A DNA stretch of 64,000 nt from Amphiscolops sp. MND2022 (GCA_964187785.1 OZ076413.1:45386001-45450000), one strand, 5' to 3'. Counted from the first letter of the stretch, positions 22,901 to 35,960 are shown. The notes: generated by a model not told the origin, from the sequence alone. Numbers and translations: made by a program.

Positions 22901-25900
22901 GATAGTCAACGAATCTGGACTTACACGAACTGCGCTTGTCTACAGGAATATGGAGGAGATACAGCTCAAACGTTCAGCATCTGACGCATTAGCATTCCTG
23001 AAGCCTTTGGGTGATGCACTGGATCGCTTTCAGAGCGATTGCTGTACAATTGGAGAGGCGTACGAGATATGGCGCAAAATTGCTCAGCAAACCCCAGATC
23101 AATTTGCGATACATTTAGAGAAACGCAGGAAGATGGCAATAAATCCAGTGGTACTTGCAGCCAATCTGTTGGATCACAGGTATACAGGGAACGAACTCTC
23201 TCCGCTTGAAGTACAGGAAGCTATGGAATATATTGGCGAAATGGACGAACTCTATCTTGCTGAGACATCGAAGTTAATTGCACGCGATCAGCCGTTCGTG
23301 GAAAACTTGTTCAAGGAAGCATACAAAGAGCTTAAACCCGACACTTGGTGGAAATCCGGTGTCAAGATGGGATTCAATCCTGCCTTTGCGGAAGCAGCTG
23401 GAGCACTGGTTGCATCTGTGGCCTCCTCAGCTGGCTTGGAGAGACAGTTCTCAACGCTTGGCATGAGCTACGGCAAGCTCCGAGCAAATCTGGATTCCCA
23501 GAAGGCCGGAAAACTGGCTTTCTTGTACCGACAGCTAAATGTTTAATTCAATATCGGATTGAATTCGAAGAATATTTTGCTGTAATTCTGTTTTCAATGA
23601 GCCATTGACCAAGTGGAGGAAAAAAACATAAAAAACCAAAAAAACGTGTTTTTTTTCGATAAAATACATGTTTGTTTGTTTTTTACGTAAAAAACGTTTT
23701 TTATGACAACCCTGATCAAAATACTATTTAATCAAAACCGGTGATAGATTTTCAACAAAGATTTTTTTATTTCTAACGTTAGAAATATTTAAAATGTTCA
23801 AAACATGTTAATAACACCTTTTGTTTAAAAAAACACTTTTTTTGAAAAACTTCATTATTTTTCGGATACATTTGAAGTTCAATTGCTGTCTTGCAACATT
23901 TCATAGCAAAGCCAATTTTTTCATCTTTTCCCGGATCAAATCAATTCTTTATCACAAATAAGCACAAGGTTCGAAATACGCATTCAAGCTTAACAAATAT
24001 TAACGTTATTGATAACAGTGTTAATAACATGCATGCTAGAATTAACCCATCAGTGGCCAAATTATTGGATGCATCGCATATTTCATTATGCTAGTTGGAT
24101 TCTCGCATAATGACATCCATTAAAATACCAATCTCGTATAATTTGTCTCATGTCGTAAATCATTTACAGGGGCATGTTTTTTTGCCATTTGTTGTCAAAG
24201 ATGTCTACAAAGTTACCTCTCTCTCTACTTTTATAACAAACTGCAGGTCATCCAATGAAGCATGTCATTTTATGAGTTAAACCTTACGCTTGAATGGCAA
24301 CTGAAACGCGTTTTTATTGATTTGGGATAATGACAATTTATGTTTATCTATTCTGCCTGCGTACAGTAATAAGGTGATTCATAGAGCAAAGACCACCTTG
24401 TCATAATCACCTGATTACCTTTTATTTTTAATCACGTAATAACATTTTGTATATACCAATGTACAACCTCACCAATAATATCTTATATTTGAACTAAAAC
24501 GTTTCTTTTCAGGGAGTTTCCTTTTCAGGAAGTTTATTTTATGATGAAATAATTGGTGATACTCCTTGTACTAGGGTACCTCACATTTCCGAACTTTCGG
24601 GTTTCCTCATAATTGAGAGTTCATATGTCAGAAGAAGGTGGAAGTTCTTTCAAAGTAGCTGAAATTGAGGGCAACTACTTTCGCCACTAAATGCTTGTTT
24701 TACAAACAAATTCATTTTGATCCGGATACTTCGTGTTGATCAACAACTTGTTACACCTGAACATGACGGAGTTCGATGTCCCCAAAAAGCAAACATTGAA
24801 TTTTCTTTAAAGAAAGTCTTAATTAATACAGTTGACCCATGCAATCACCACAGGCGACCATTATTAACAATGAAATTGATCTTCGTATAAAAGTACTCAA
24901 TTACAAGCGATCGCCCATGAGTAAAGATTGTCCTGTTTCGGCGAAATCCCAAATAAATCTGCCTCGCGATAGCAAAACGCGGGTCCATTGTATCCCCTAG
25001 GAAGCTGTCAATACATTATGTTACTGCGAACTATATAACATGTAACCCTTACAATCGCCTATTGAAAATCCGAACAAACTTAAATTCTCACGAAGATTTT
25101 TCATCATTAATCATTTTGATGATCATAAAACAATTCGGCAGAATTTTGCGGAAGATTTTCTATCATCACCAGAGTCTTAGGAGTAGTGTTCAAAGGTGTT
25201 ATTTTGATTAACCAGGTTGCGTGGAAGTAAGTTCGATAAAATGTAATAAACGGATGACTAACTAACCGGTAACGAGAAGCCCGAACTTGGGCCGGATGTT
25301 GTGCTGCTTGGTGCATTTGTGTTGTTGCTGTTGTTATTGCCATTGGTATTAGTAGATGTATTGCCAAATGCAGCCACAGGGCTTATTGGTATGACGGTAC
25401 CACTACTGCTGTTGTGCAAACCCATGGAAACATCTAGACGCATCTCCTTGTTTGAACAGTTGCTAAGCATTCGACTGGCAGTGTTAGCGAGACATGGCGA
25501 CGCCGACAACGACGACGACTTGTGATTGGCTAGATTCAGCGATGACGTCAGGTCATTTATGGTTGATATGGAAAGAGGCGCAACTGCACTGGGCGGTGCA
25601 GATAACGGAGACTTGTTCTCGCAGTTCATGGCCACGGCTGCTGCAGCTGCTGCTTTGGCCGCTGCCGCTACAACTGAGGACGTAGGACAGGGGGGAGACC
25701 CGTTGTTTGGCTTGGGCAGTGGTAGTTGATGACAGTTGGCATACGAAGACGGAAGATGCGGCGAGTCCGAACGTGACCTTGGGTTGTTCAGTTCCAGACC
25801 CCCTCGGCTGTTAGGGGGGCTCGTGTGGATATGACTCATGGGGAGAGTGGTAGGGTACAACGAGGGACTGATGCTTGAGGATCTGGTGTCTCCCAAGGCT

Positions 25901-28900
25901 GCGAGAGCGATGGCCGCGTTCTGGTGGCTTTTCAGAAGCTCCGAAGACGAGTTGCTGTTATTGAGACCTCCAGGGGGCTCTGGACTGATAGATCGTGTCC
26001 CGCTACTAGGCTGCGCTTCGTCAGCACTCTGAAAATAAACAACACATTGAACCTCAATTGGGTCCGAATTGTGTATTGAACAACTTACGGTGCCTAAAAT
26101 GTCCAATAAGACTTTGATCGCACCAAAAAAGTGTTCTAATTATATTTGAAAAAGCGTGAATAAGTTCATCAATATGCTACTAAACGTTAGAGAAATTTGG
26201 CTTTAGATTGGGCAATCTCGAACGTCTCCAAAACTCTTAAGCAACAAATTTTACAAATAGCTCCAAGAAATTTCGCATTTAAAATATTTTGTTTTTACTC
26301 AATGTTACGTTTTAAAATGATCTTCTAAATCAAAACCAAATAAGAAAAATAATACTGAATTTCGCTGAAAAGCATACTAACTGAAAAAAGGAAATCATGT
26401 GTATACTGACTAGGGATGTGCCGGAATTATTATCCGGCCGGAAATTCCGGCCGGAACAGGAAATTTTCTGGTTCCGGTATCCGGCCGGAACAAGAATAAT
26501 TCCGGCCGGATTTTCTAAGCAATATTTGTCTCTGTAAAAACAGTTTTTGTTTCAGAAAACTCAATTTCAGGATTTATTTTTCCTTCAGGTTATGATGAAG
26601 AAACAGAAGTTTCTCGCTATTTTTTGGAAGTAATCGACTCCGCTTTTCCTCGTACACGTTCCCAAATTCGGAGAAGAGTCGTTCAGAATAAACAGATGAA
26701 GGCGGTGCCGAAAAATACTTTTTGAAAAGATTCTTCAAATTGGGGTATGATTCGATATTTTTCCAGCCGATATACTTTTCGCCTTGCCGTATTCGCTGGG
26801 ATGGTGTTTTTCTGCATGCTTGTGAAGTGGTGTGGTAGAAAAACTCAGATTTGTAACATTTGCTGATCCCCGATGCACAGATTTCTTGCACAGATTACAA
26901 ACTGCAATATGTGCCTCGTTTTCTTTTTCCGTAAATAGAACCCACACAAAAGATGACACAGTGGACACTGAAATACATTCACAGGTACATACACATTTCT
27001 GAGAAAAACTACGAAGTGACTGCGAATGTTTTCTTTTATTAAAACTGTGTAAATAAAAACAATTTCTCAGAAATATGTAATTCAGTTTCGTATATAATGA
27101 GCAAAGTTCCGGCCGGAACCGTTTCTCAGAATTCCGGCATAATTCCGGCCGGATCGTTTTCAAAATTCCGGTCCGGTTCCGGTTCCGGCCGGAACGACAA
27201 ATCATGTTCCGGCACATCTCTAATACTGACTCACCTTAGGAGTAGTAGATCGCTGATTGCGTCGGGTGTCAACCGATTCGGCGAGGAAAGAAAGTCGGTC
27301 ATAGTACTTGAATCGGGACTCTTCACTTCGCACGATACCAGCTTCAGTCATTTTGATTAGTCGATTGCGCTCCTAAACAACGCAAGAGTGGAAATCAATC
27401 TGATACAGCTCAGAAAACATTGAAACTCAAACACCTGATGAAACAATAGTTATCTAAATCTAATATTCGCACCAACAGATAAGGCAATGTGTTGGTAGCC
27501 CAATGTCCTAAAATGGTATAATTGTTTACATAACAACCGCAGACTCTAAACGATTGAATTTTACTCAAGTTCACGTAAGAAATATCATTTCGCCAACTTT
27601 AGTCCTAATTGTGTTCACTCTTGATAATCGCCTACATTCCTAATTAGTGTTTCTAAAACCTTGAGCCCAGAAACCAGACCAAACAAAACAATTCGACAGA
27701 ACATTTAAACATTACGTAGTGAGCTAAAAGGCCAAGAAAGAAAATAATAAGCAAAAGATTTCAAATTGGAACTTTCCGGCGTAAAATAACCGTGAAGACT
27801 GAAAGGGTTTAACATTCATCAACCCTGATTGAGAGAAATGCAATCCTTGCAAGGATCTTGCAAGATCTTCCTTTCAATACATACCTTGAAAAATCTTGAA
27901 TTCGTTGCAAAAGTCTCACAAAGAAATGTAACACTTGAAAGATCTTCCAATGAAACACCTTCTTTGCATGATATTGTAAGTAAATTAATTCCTTGAAAGG
28001 TTTTTGCAAGATCTTTGCAAGGAATGCATTGCTAGCAAGGATCTGTCAAGGAATGCATTTCAAGCAAGGATTTTGCAAGATTTTTTCAAAGAATCCAAGA
28101 AAAATGCATTATCTGCTGGTTGAGGGCTCGAATTCACAGGAAAATTTGCTTTACACTATCCTAAAGTTCTGGCAAAATAAATGCATAGTGTAGTTATTTG
28201 GAGTTTTGTGAGCAATCAATATTCTTGATGGGATCAAATAGCCTTTAACTAAAAATCAACAAAATTTTCTGTTGGACAGGAAACGTTGCAGAACAATGAT
28301 GAAAACAATGGCATTACTGGGCCAGGAGCTACAAATGATTGATTCTTTCACGGGAAAAGTGAAAAGCACAATAGTTCATATTCGATGCTTGTCAAAAAAC
28401 AGAAAAAAACTCTCGGCAATTATTTTGTTACTTTTCCCAATCTATGAAACGGAGATGAACATCTACAAACTATCGACGAATAATGAAATGAAAAACGGAA
28501 AAATTAAATTCTCTGCAGGGTTTTTTTGTGAATTTTGTCATAGCTGCTTTACTGTTTACACTTCATCTAATTTCACAAAGACCAAATGTAGCTTCTCACA
28601 AAAGAATTATAAATAGCAAACACGTACTTTAGCACGGTTCGTTCCATTAAAATAGTTGAACACATATTTTTTAAAGTATAAGTTTAGTAAGCGTTCTTTC
28701 ACAAAAGAAAATATTTTAATTGCGGAAAAAACTGGTGGGTGCATAGGAATTCCTTTGAGTCCATAAATCTGAAGAAAACTAGAAGCAAAACATTCAAAAC
28801 TTTGGCGTCATGGAGAAAAACTCCAGAAACAAGAATCTATGCATGCTTTTACGCTTCACATTGAAAAAAGCTGGAAGTTCCGTGTCGTGAATGAACACAA

Positions 28901-31300
28901 TGTGTACATCAGAGGTGTGACAGCGATAGCGGTAGCGTTAGCGACAATTCAGAATGAATTAGCGATAGCGATACGATAGCTAGCGACAAATTAAAGCGTT
29001 AGCGAACATTTTCATTGGCTAAAAGAAATCAAAATTAACATGCAATAATTTAATGCGAATAAGTTGACACATCATATTGGCTGTGGTTTTTAGTCAGATT
29101 TTTAGTCGGCGCATTTCAGTAGAAAATGTGCCCGACTCTTACAGTGGATAGTTTTTTTAGACACGAAAGGTCCACTTTTTTGTTCATTTGTTCAACAACT
29201 TGAGCTATGGAGGTTCAAAACACTCGAACCTCAGAAGCGCGTCCAAAACGAAAAGAAAAACAAAACACGTCCAGAACCTCGAAAACACACTAAGGATCCC
29301 ACCTTAGCCCCACTTTTTTTTGGCACTATGCGACTTTTTTTGAAATTTTTTGGATTGCACCAAAGGGCTCCCCTTCATTTCTTTCGATATTTTGCAACAC
29401 AATGGATGTCAAAAAATCCCAAAGGCCCCCCCCCTTCACAATTTTGAGCTTTAGATATAGCGCCGACTTTGGCCGTTCTCGGCTTGTTTATTTAGCAATA
29501 GCGTTAGCGATTAGCGAACCCATTTTGTTGTAACGATAGCGATGAAATCGAGCCATTAGCGATTAGCGATAAAATTGTGCACATGGCATCGTATATAATG
29601 ACCTTTTTAGTACGTGATATGATACGGAATTACCGACATGTAATAAGTACATGAAAACGACGACGATCTATTAAAGTCAACGAGTCAATTCACTGGTCGA
29701 CTTGAAAAGGAAATGATGCGTTAAGCGGACGACCCATCCAGCCGACAAGTCATTAAGCCGACTACCATACTGTAATAACAGAATTGGGCCTCTGATTGTA
29801 AAAATGAGCTGGACTGAAAACAAACTAGCTCCAAAACTGAGTTATTAATAAACTTTCAGTTTTACAGTTTTTGAAAATAATATTTCGTTCAGAAGATTAT
29901 ATCCGAGTTCAATTCATTTTTACAGTACTTATAACAACCGTTTCAAACTTTGGATGAATACTTAACAACGAATCAGGTAATTAGTGTCAACTTTCGACTC
30001 AAACTTTGATTCCCAGTGTGATGATGGTTTGTCGGCTTAATGTGGGTGTTGCACTTAAAGCATTATAAAATAGCCCTTCTTACCTGATTGTACTGCGTTC
30101 TGATTGAGTTGATCTTCTTCTTGATGTCGGTGATGTTGAACTTGGGACCGAGTTTTTCCAAGATGTTGACGTAGGCGTGGATGCGGTCGCTGTTGCTATG
30201 GTAACTGGGGTGGCTGGGGTCCCATAGACATCGGTGCACCTCGTACTCATTCATGAGAATTTCAGTCTCAACTTCCGTCCAATCTACAACCATGCGGGGT
30301 TTCGGGGTCCCGTGGTTGCTGGATGAACCCTGGAAAAAACGAACTGTTGTCCAAAATTTATTAATCCCTGTGCATTTCAAGTTTTTACAGAGATGACGTT
30401 TCAATAGGCAAGATTATCTTTTTTGGGTATCGAAAAAATATATAGAGGGGTAAAAAAGATGAAGGATTTCAGGCAAAAATCGATGCCCGTCAAGTTTTCA
30501 CGCGAGACGGAGCTATGATGAAACAAGTTAGTAATTTTGCAGCTATACAGAATAAATACTTGTTTTTGAAGTCTCATAAATTGATCCGAATAATCTGGGA
30601 AACCAAAAAAGGTACAACTAATACAATAACCACAGTACTTCCGTACGTTAGAAGATATTTTAAATTTTCAAGAAAAAATGCATTACTTCCTTGATGGTTT
30701 TTAACGATATCCATTGGAAAAGGGTCTGAATGTAACCCAATTTTTCCTGAAACTCCCCAAATTTTCAAGCTCATGATTCAAATTGAAATTCCCGAGTGGG
30801 TTGAAACGACAAACTTACACAAATAATTTAGGAAGGGAAACGATTTGGGTACCACGTTTATACGATAACAAATTGAACGATTAAGACGTGGATTATTTTT
30901 TGAAAATACGATTGTACATTAAATCAGGCATGTAATATACGAAAACAGTTATTTGAATCCCATTCAGACAGCATCCGTTTAAGTTAATTAATAGACAAAT
31001 TTTTGGCAAATATTTTATATCTAAAAAAGTAAATATTTTTTTTCGCTTCCTTCCTCCACATGCCAATAAAAGTCTGAAATTGTTAGAAAGAGAAAATCAA
31101 AATCCTACCTGGGATGCACCGTTTCCCGCGCTTCCGTAACTCTGGGAGGTGGAAGCAGGGGATCCCTGAACTTGGGGTGAGCTTGGAGAATGACAGTCAC
31201 TGGAATTGATAGCCATTACTAGAGGCGATAGTGATGATGTATTAGAGTTAGATATGTCTATTTGCTGGGGGCTCGTATTGCCGAAATGATGATGGTCCAT
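19459..31300 (-). CDS. MADF (Myb/SANT-like) domain transcription factor with C-terminal BESS-like motif: join(31109-31300, 30084-30329, 27235-27372, 25267-26028, 19459-19950), 609 aa
   Basis: MADF signature WT..ETEILMNEYEVHRCLWDPSHPSY...RIHAY..I...DIKKKINSIRTQYNQERNR...RFKYYDRLSFL. S/P/N/A-rich middle region. C-terminal DESFGAYIAAEMRSI..QSVKNKLKLQIVSLI. All four introns are GT-AG, phase 0. Confidence 0.85.
20448..21259 (+). mobile_element. HINE copy containing a nested MITE
   Basis: TTTTAGTCAGCGCC start; GGCGCCGACT and stem-loop at the end. Confidence 0.6.
20728..20912. mobile_element. pogo/Tigger-like MITE nested in a HINE copy
   Basis: 24-bp TIR CAGTGGAAGCCGCTTAWATGGGAC, TA flanks. Confidence 0.88.
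21732..23714 (+). mobile_element. Full-length hAT DNA transposon in MADF gene intron 4
   Basis: TIR CAGGGTTGTCAT / ATGACAACCCTG; near-TSD ATCAAAA(C)T / ATCAAAAT; AAAACATGTTTT subterminal repeats. Confidence 0.9.
21864..23546 (+). CDS. hAT transposase, join(21864-22117, 22208-23546), about 530 aa, apparently intact
   Basis: BED-type finger (IWAFF..AQCTQC..HQDKC), IDGWS, VSDNAANM, CHAH, TRWNS, hATC SSAGLERQFS. A 90-bp GTTAGT...TTTAG intron joins the two ORFs in frame. Confidence 0.9.
25267..26028 (-). CDS. MADF gene exon 4 (low-complexity S/P/N/poly-Ala region)
   Basis: ttttcag acceptor, CCG|GTTAGT donor; GC-rich 254-codon open frame. Confidence 0.85.
26411..27222 (-). mobile_element. Non-autonomous hAT deletion derivative (BED finger + hATC remnant) in MADF gene intron 3
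   Basis: TIR TAGRGATGTGCCGGAA, perfect 8-bp TSD ATACTGAC, CCGGCCGG subterminal repeats; VWVLF..AVCNLC...HAEKHH and YPNL..YFSAPPSSVYSERLFS in different frames. Confidence 0.9.
27235..27372 (-). CDS. MADF gene exon 3 (ERNRLIKM...RFKYYDRLSFL...TTPK)
   Basis: Not in the ORF track. gtttag acceptor, AAG|GTGAGT donor; completes the MADF domain. Confidence 0.85.
27821..28107. mobile_element. Degenerate MITE with TTGCAAGGA/TCTTGCAAG internal repeats
   Basis: Imperfect CCC...GGG termini and many internal inverted short repeats. Confidence 0.45.
28910..29590. mobile_element. hAT-like MITE with TAGCGA subterminal repeats, interrupted by a HINE copy
   Basis: Clusters of (TAGCGA/TAGCGT)n at 28920-29005 and 29493-29570; weak CAGAGGTGTG / GTGCACA termini. 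Confidence 0.4.
29100..29488 (+). mobile_element. HINE copy
   Basis: Both termini present; first ~250 bp nearly identical to 51538-51780. Confidence 0.7.
30084..30329 (-). CDS. MADF gene exon 2 (most of the MADF domain)
   Basis: ttttccag acceptor, CAG|GTAAGA donor; MADF motif. Confidence 0.9.
31109..31300 (-). CDS. MADF gene coding exon 1 (Ser/Pro-rich N-terminus)
   Basis: ATG at 31300, donor CAG|GTAGGA at 31108; 64 codons. Confidence 0.72.
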
Positions 31301-31689
31301 TTAGTAGCTCAAACGTCTCCTCTTTCTCTCAAACTGTGGCGTAAACGTTTCAGCCTCCTCTTCCAGGTAAATCTAGGCAATCAGGAGAACGCATGTGATA
31401 ACTACAACAATAAAACGGAAAAATGGCAAGATACTAGCAAGGTTCGCCAAATGCACTTAACTACAAAACGCGGCTGACCGTCGCCGACGCCATAACTTCC
31501 ATTTGCCAAGCACCACCTAACTATAGTCGCAATATTCTTGGAGGTACCAGTCTGTTGTTCCATTATAAGACCGGATGCTGCTAATATGATTAGACAAAAA
31601 ATGAAAAAGATAGTATAGTGATCACAAAATAGTCGAGGCAACATCGGGGTTTTCTTTTGTCGTTTTCTTTTGTTTTCGTCGGTTTGTTC

Positions 31690-31800
31690 TCGTCATCCAA
31701 TCAGCTTTCAAAAAAAGCAAAATGTAGTAACTTATTTTTAGGCGAAACCAATCGTGTTTGCAGCTAATTTACATAAAACTCGATGCTTACGTCATAAGGC
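31690..31800 (-). promoter_or_regulatory. Putative MADF gene promoter (two CCAAT boxes, CRE-like TGACGTAA)
   Basis: CCAATC at about 31697 and 31748, TTACGTCA at about 31788, roughly 400-500 bp upstream of the ATG. Confidence 0.35.
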
Positions 31801-34298
31801 TTTGTTCAAGGATTTGGTTTGCGTAATTAAGTTAAATTTGCAATCAATTGTCGCGAGCATCTCCACTTTTTGGGAGATTTTTGCTGAAATTTTTGGGAGA
31901 TTTTTGCTGAAATGATTTCACCTTAATTGATTTTTTGCGTCATAATTTTAGTCAATTTATACAAATTGTCTATCATTTGAATTGGCGAGTATTTCAAGCG
32001 ATTCAGGCACCAAAATAGTATTCGAGTTGACAAACGCCACTTTCGTTTTTCCCCCACACAAAAGCCAAAAAATTGTTTCGGAATAAAATAGTTTGAAAAC
32101 CTCAAGTCAAATCAGAACATGCGTCAACATGGTTGTTCAAATAACAGTTGTAATTAAAACTATTTGAAAAATAATTTAACGTTGATTAACTTGTATAAAG
32201 GGACATTGAACTAGAATACCGAATATATCATATCTGCTTCCCTGATAGTAAGTTAATTTTACCATGATTCTACTTCTAGTAGCAATTAATTACCCCAAAA
32301 TGGAAAAATCTTGAAAGGTGAATTGAATTCCAGGGTTTGATCATGGAACGATCATGTGATATGAAATTACGTCATAGTGCTTGAAAAATGACCATTAGAG
32401 TACCATGAAAGCAACGCTAGATCTACAATATTTTATGTATGAAAGGGCAACAAGATACTAATTATTCAGCAGAAAGTCAACATCAATTGGCTTAACCCGA
32501 ATCAAGCTGAGATGTAGCCCCAAAGGCTCAGTTGAACGAGCGAACATCATTTCTCTTCAAAATAACTATTGATGATACACAATGAACCAATATATTAAAA
32601 ATTACTGTATTAAAAACTACCAGTAAAACAGGAAAACTGTCTAATTAAGTTGATCCGTTTTCGAACTCGTGGGCTGTCTCAGAAAACGAATCCTCTCATT
32701 GCAAGTTGCAATTGACTGAAAACAAAAATCACAAAAGCATCTCTGATTAGTTTTTATTTTTTTAAACTAATGACTACTGTTCAATCGGTCCTATTTTTAG
32801 AATAATTTGGTTCACAGTAACATGTCATTGTTGACATTTTCACATAAATTACCAATGTTACAACTTCCAAGCCGTAGCACGTCCGTCGATAGTAGATTGT
32901 TCGAGTCCCGCTTAGAGACTTTTTTACAGTTTCTGGGTTGCGCGATTAAAAAGCTCTAAACGTTGAAATACCAATAAACTCCAAAAGTTTTCAAAAATAT
33001 GCAGCAACAAAAATATTACTTATAATTTTTTTCAAGCTATTAAAAATTTGCAATTGTCCCCGATATTTTTGAAGATTAAAACTGACGAGCATTAGTTACT
33101 ACAGACAATTTTCGAAAAATCGGTATTTGGAAGTAGGACAAAAAACTATATGCGAAGTTTTAGCTCAAAAAAACTATCTTGAAAAAAGTTTCAAATGTTT
33201 GAAATTGGATTCAATTTTTCAAATGATATCAAAATGCAACCTACTTCGGTGGATTTCTTGTTCTTCAACTGAGTTGGAGCGAAAATTTTGACTCTTTGCA
33301 ACTTCAAAATTTGGGAAAGTCGGTGATTTTTGAAATCAAGTAGCAAAACAGTTTGACAGAATGATGGAATATGAATCATCCGTTTGATTTTATTGAATTA
33401 ACATTCCCAATTTTCACGCTTTATTCAGGTCTCGAAAAACCGAATTCAAAACAGTCAAAGTAGCGAAAAATTGTAAATGCCATTCACAGCCCAAGGAATG
33501 AATTAGTGTCAAAAACTTAGCGAGTTGAAATTTTTTCTTGATGACGCAAAATTCACGATTTCTGCAAAATCTTTAACAATTTTCTGAGACGATAACATGT
33601 GATTCATCTCTTACAAGGTTCTTACAATGATTTTTTGCAAGATTTTTCCTTTGACCCAAAAAAAAAACGTTACGACTTTGCGACTCATTATAAAAATCTA
33701 AAAGTTTTTAAATGGTTGGGATGTCATATTGTTTTCAATTCGATGTCACAAAATTGAAAAGTTGGCAATTTTTTATTGCTTTCATTAGGAAAATGAGCAT
33801 AATGACGTTCAATAATTGCTTATAAAAACTTTCCTTTTTTGTTCAGACGATAATATTCGTACTGAGTCACCATTGGGAACAACGGTCAAATTTCTCATAT
33901 TTTAGTACTTTTATAAAAGTACTAATATAGGCACGACTAAAAGCAAAGGGCATTAGATGGATAAGGAGACTTTTTTATGGAAAGATACAAGAACTGAGTT
34001 CCACATGATGGGGCTTTAATTTTTGCAAGTTGTGTCAAAACTACTTTTCCTTAATTGAAAAGAGAATGTAGGCATAACGACAGCTCATATCGAACGACAA
34101 CTCATATCAAGCGACAGCTCTTATCAGGTGACAAGTATCAAATACATAGGCGCCAACTCATATCAAACGACTTGTCATTTCAGTTCAGAAAACGCGACAA
34201 CGCATCAATTGGTCGATAGGTTCTAAATGAGCAAATTATACTTCAAAAACATTTTATAATTAGCTTCGGTTAAAAATTTCGAAATTTATTTGGAATTA

Positions 34299-34779
34299 CA
34301 GTAGAAGGCTCTTATAACGGACGTGCTTGGGACATGAAAAATATGCCCGTTGTAAAAACAATCCGTAATAAAAACTTCCGTTACATGGATTATCGGTGAC
34401 AATTGCACAAAAAAGTCCGTTAGAAAAAAGTGTTTTTTGAGAAAATATACATATATGCAGAATCAGTGCAAACGGAAGTTGTTCAATAGTAAAAACCTTA
34501 TTTTCGACTGATTTTTGAACGCTGTATGAGTTATAACGCTGTATTACCAGACTTCGCTTCGCTCATTTTGCCGTCACATCATGTTGAAAAGTTATATAAA
34601 CACACATTTTGTGTTTGGAACATCAAATTTTCGTCCATTAGAAACACAATTTCGTTATATAGGCGTTGTTTATATAGCCAAATGAAATCATACAGTGAAT
34701 ATTGTCCGAGCCAGAACTTTTATATTTATCCGTTATGAAACATTCCGTTATATAGCCACTCGTTATAAACGAATTCTAC
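34299..34779. mobile_element. Degenerate pogo-like MITE
   Basis: TA-CAGTAGAAGGCTCTTATAACG ... CGTTATAAACGAATTCTACT termini, CCGTTA internal repeats. Confidence 0.5.
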
Positions 34780-35293
34780 TTTATTTCGCATTTTATTCGC
34801 TTCACTCAAAAGTATTTTCTCAGCGAAACCTTGAGATCAACATGTCATAATGAAGTTTTTCAAAGTTTTCTTGTGTTTTTGAAATGAAGAGTTGAAAAAT
34901 TTGACTCTTTGCAACTTCAAAATACGGGAAAGTCGCTGATTGTCCAAAGCACAAAAGCCAAAGGCATAAACTCCTGTTCCTATATTATATTTTTTATCAA
35001 TTGCTGTTTGCCCGAATTAAGTCGTTGGGACCGGAATCCAGAGTCGTAAATCGTAACAGAAAACCTAGTCGTAAAGCGAATACGAAAACTGAAACAAAAC
35101 ATTTCAGGGTAATTAATTTTATCCACCTATGTTGATAAGTAGGGTGGATCAAAGTAAAATTGCTTCTATAAGCCTTATTCATTCAGATTGCGCGCGTGTT
35201 TTGTACGCAGAACAAAGTTATTGATGGGTCCTTTTTACTTGTTCATCAGAATACGGTCATTTTCCAGGACTTTGAGAATTATTACAATTTACA

Positions 35294-35960
35294 ATGCCAA
35301 CAACACCCAAATCTACCGGCACCAAAACTCGAGAGGCAGCTGAGAAATATCCTAGCGAAATCAGAACTAATCCCGGAGGCATTCTAATGAGCAAGTTATG
35401 CGAGAAAGGTGTCAGTTGTGCAAAAATGTTCAATTATGAACACCACCGGGCAAGTCAAGAACACAAACAACATTTGAACGCAGGTGCTGGTTCATCCTCA
35501 GGAAATTGATCTACAATGGTGACTGCTGACCATTTTCGACGCAATTTTGTGGATATGTGCCTGCGAAACAACATTGCATTCAACCAAGTGGAGGGTATGC
35601 GGAGTTTCTTCAGGAAATGTATGGATAAAGAATTGCCGCCTGAGACATAATGTCGCAGAAATTACTTGTTTATTTCATTTGTTGCATAATGTTTCAATGC
35701 AAATCATGGCTAAGCTTCCACAGGTAAATTATTTAATTTCTAGTGTTAAATCAGCTGATTTATTTACAGCTTAGGGTAATGTACCTAACCAAGTAGTGAC
35801 TCGATGGGAACTTGGGTAAATGCGGCTTTGTGGTACTCAAAAAAACTGGAATTGGTCAAAGAAATTATCCTCAGATTTGAAGGAGATGGCGTTCTTTTGA
35901 CAGGCTATTGCTGCCGCAAACGATCCCACAGTACCCGGTGCTCTTACTAAAATTGAAAAA
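35294..35960 (+). pseudogene. Decayed transposase with CGGBP1-like N-terminal zinc finger
   Basis: MPTTPKS...GGILMSKLC...HHRASQEH, then FVDMCLRNNIAF and VVTRW fragments with stops and frameshifts. Confidence 0.55.

Noticed and set aside
31866..31912. 23-bp tandem duplication upstream of the MADF promoter
   Set aside because: Simple local duplication with no evidence of function.
34072..34205. GCGACAACTCATATCAA short repeats (related sequence at about 60057-60100)
   Set aside because: Probably the end of another MITE family, but boundaries and TSD could not be defined.
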